Positions 23,885 to 24,999 of a stretch of 24,999 bases of DNA are shown here, piece by piece. The translations under genes and the position numbers were made by a program. The notes below the pieces were generated by a model. It made no database searches. It was given only the letters and a program-made list of their open reading frames with translations, and was not told the origin of the DNA. Position 1 is the first letter of the stretch. The number at the start of each line of letters is the position of its first letter. Origin of the DNA: Longimicrobiales bacterium (GTDB lineage Bacteria > Gemmatimonadota > Gemmatimonadetes > Longimicrobiales > RSA9); contig JAWVYT010000001.1 in NCBI GenBank assembly GCA_033722595.1, positions 1-24,999 of the forward strand, read 5' to 3'.

Positions 23885-24966
23885 CCCGGTCCGATCCCGG
23901 CCGGAGCCTGGCGGCTGCGCTGCCCGGGTTGGCGCTGGTGGCGGCCCTCGCGGTCGGCGCGACAGCGATGAGCGGGTGGGTCGGCGAGGGGCTCCTGGGG
24001 TACACCACGAGCCCGCTGAGCCCGATCCTGCTGGCGGTCTTGTCGGGCCTGCTGATCCGGAACACGGTAGGCCTCGACGGCGCGTTCGCACCGGGCATCG
24101 CGTGGACCGCCGGCCCGCTCCTCCGCGTCAGCATCGCGCTGCTCGGGATCCGGCTGAGTGTGGGCGCCCTGGCAACCCTGGGGGTGATCGCGCTGCCGAT
24201 CGTCGTCGGGTGCATCGTCGCCGCCCTGGGGGCCATCGGGGCCATTACGCGGCTCGTGAACGTACCGCCCCGGCTCGGGTCGCTGATCGCCGCCGGGACC
24301 AGCATCTGCGGGATCACGGCGGTGGTGGCGCTGGCCCCGGTCATCGAGGCCCGGGACGACGAGACCAGCTATGCGGTGGCCACCGTCGCCCTGTTCGGGA
24401 TGATCGCCCTGTTCTCCTACCCGTTCCTGGCACACGTCCTGTTCGACGACGCGACCCGGGCCGGCCTGTTCCTGGGCACCTCCATCCACGACACCTCCCA
24501 GGTGGTCGGGGCGGCCCTGGCGTACAGCCAGCAGTTCGGGGCCCCCGAGGCGGTGGAGACGGCCGTGGTGACCAAGCTCGTCCGAAACGTCGGCATCATC
24601 GCCGTGATCCCGCTGATCAGCTACCTGCACGCGTCCCGGTCCGATGACAGCTCTCGGCCCGCGCCCGCCGTGCCAGGCTTCATCCTCGCCTTCGTCGCCA
24701 TGGCGCTCCTCCGGACGGCGGGTGACCTGGCTGCGGCCGCCGGGCTCCTCCCGGTCGCGGGCTGGGACCGTGCCGTGGCGTGGACGCAGTGGGCGGCCGC
24801 CGGTGGGCTGCTCGTGGCCATGGCCGCCGTCGGGCTCGGCACCCGGGTCGATGGTCTGCTCGGCCTGGGCGCGCGCCCCCTGGCCGTCGGCCTCACCGCG
24901 GCTCTGACCGTGGGCGGCGTGAGCATCGTCCTCATCGAGCTCCTCGGTATCGTGCATGTACTCTGA
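23881..24966 (+). CDS. YeiH/UPF0324 family putative sulfate/sulfite exporter (SuyZ/TauZ-like)
   Basis: GLLIRN, IALLGIRLS, LIAAGTSICGITAVVALAPVIEA, GTSIHDTSQVVGA, VVTKLVRN; about 10 hydrophobic helices; TTG 23881 overlaps the upstream stop. Confidence 0.88.
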   Translation: MTRSDPGRSLAAALPGLALVAALAVGATAMSGWVGEGLLGYTTSPLSPILLAVLSGLLIRNTVGLDGAFAPGIAWTAGPLLRVSIALLGIRLSVGALATLGVIALPIVVGCIVAALGAIGAITRLVNVPPRLGSLIAAGTSICGITAVVALAPVIEARDDETSYAVATVALFGMIALFSYPFLAHVLFDDATRAGLFLGTSIHDTSQVVGAALAYSQQFGAPEAVETAVVTKLVRNVGIIAVIPLISYLHASRSDDSSRPAPAVPGFILAFVAMALLRTAGDLAAAAGLLPVAGWDRAVAWTQWAAAGGLLVAMAAVGLGTRVDGLLGLGARPLAVGLTAALTVGGVSIVLIELLGIVHVL

Positions 24967-24999
24967 CCGACTCGCCCTGAAGGAGGCCGCCCCCGACGC

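Noticed and set aside
19556-24957. Long minus-strand ORFs (19556-20470, 19653-21056, 20864-21868, 22712-24091, 23524-24957)
   Set aside because: Antisense to the coupled plus-strand operon; low-complexity Arg/Pro/Gly/Ala-rich or motif-free translations.
24981-24986. AGGAGG after the exporter as RBS of a further gene
   Set aside because: No start codon in the remaining 13 nt; cannot be assessed at the window edge.
1-24999. CRISPR arrays, tRNA/rRNA, transposases, integrases, tandem repeats
   Set aside because: None seen; intergenic space is short and explained by promoters, leaders and hairpins.

Overview
High-GC (roughly 70% by eye) bacterial window with about 18 tightly packed catabolic genes and no mobile elements, RNA genes or CRISPR. 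The minus strand (1-19463) reads in transcription order: sulfatase, SusC-like TonB-dependent transporter, SusD-like lipoprotein, four exported proteins (unknown ~550 aa, ceramidase-like, AGE-family epimerase, unknown lipoprotein), ROK regulator, GabD-like aldehyde dehydrogenase, a transaldolase resembling sulfofructose transaldolase (SqvA/SftT), Na+:solute symporter, amidohydrolase and a NagB-like protein cut by the window edge. A divergent plus-strand operon (19730-24966) encodes a split UxaA-family lyase (SuyA/SuyB-like), a SAM-methyltransferase-like protein, ComC-like and SlcC-like dehydrogenases and a YeiH/SuyZ-type exporter. My main inference is a polysaccharide-utilisation-type locus that captures a 6-sulfonated sugar and degrades it fully to pyruvate + sulfite, via sulfo-transaldolase glycolysis coupled to sulfolactate desulfonation. 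The substrate may be sulfoquinovose or an amino/N-acyl variant. No classical GH31/GH188 sulfoquinovosidase or known SQ isomerase is visible in the window. SusC/D genes with canonical sigma70 promoters in high-GC DNA suggest Gemmatimonadota, with Rhodothermota not excluded. Five copies of a candidate ROK operator mark the promoter regions. Family and orthology calls come from motifs and remembered reference sequences, not database searches.
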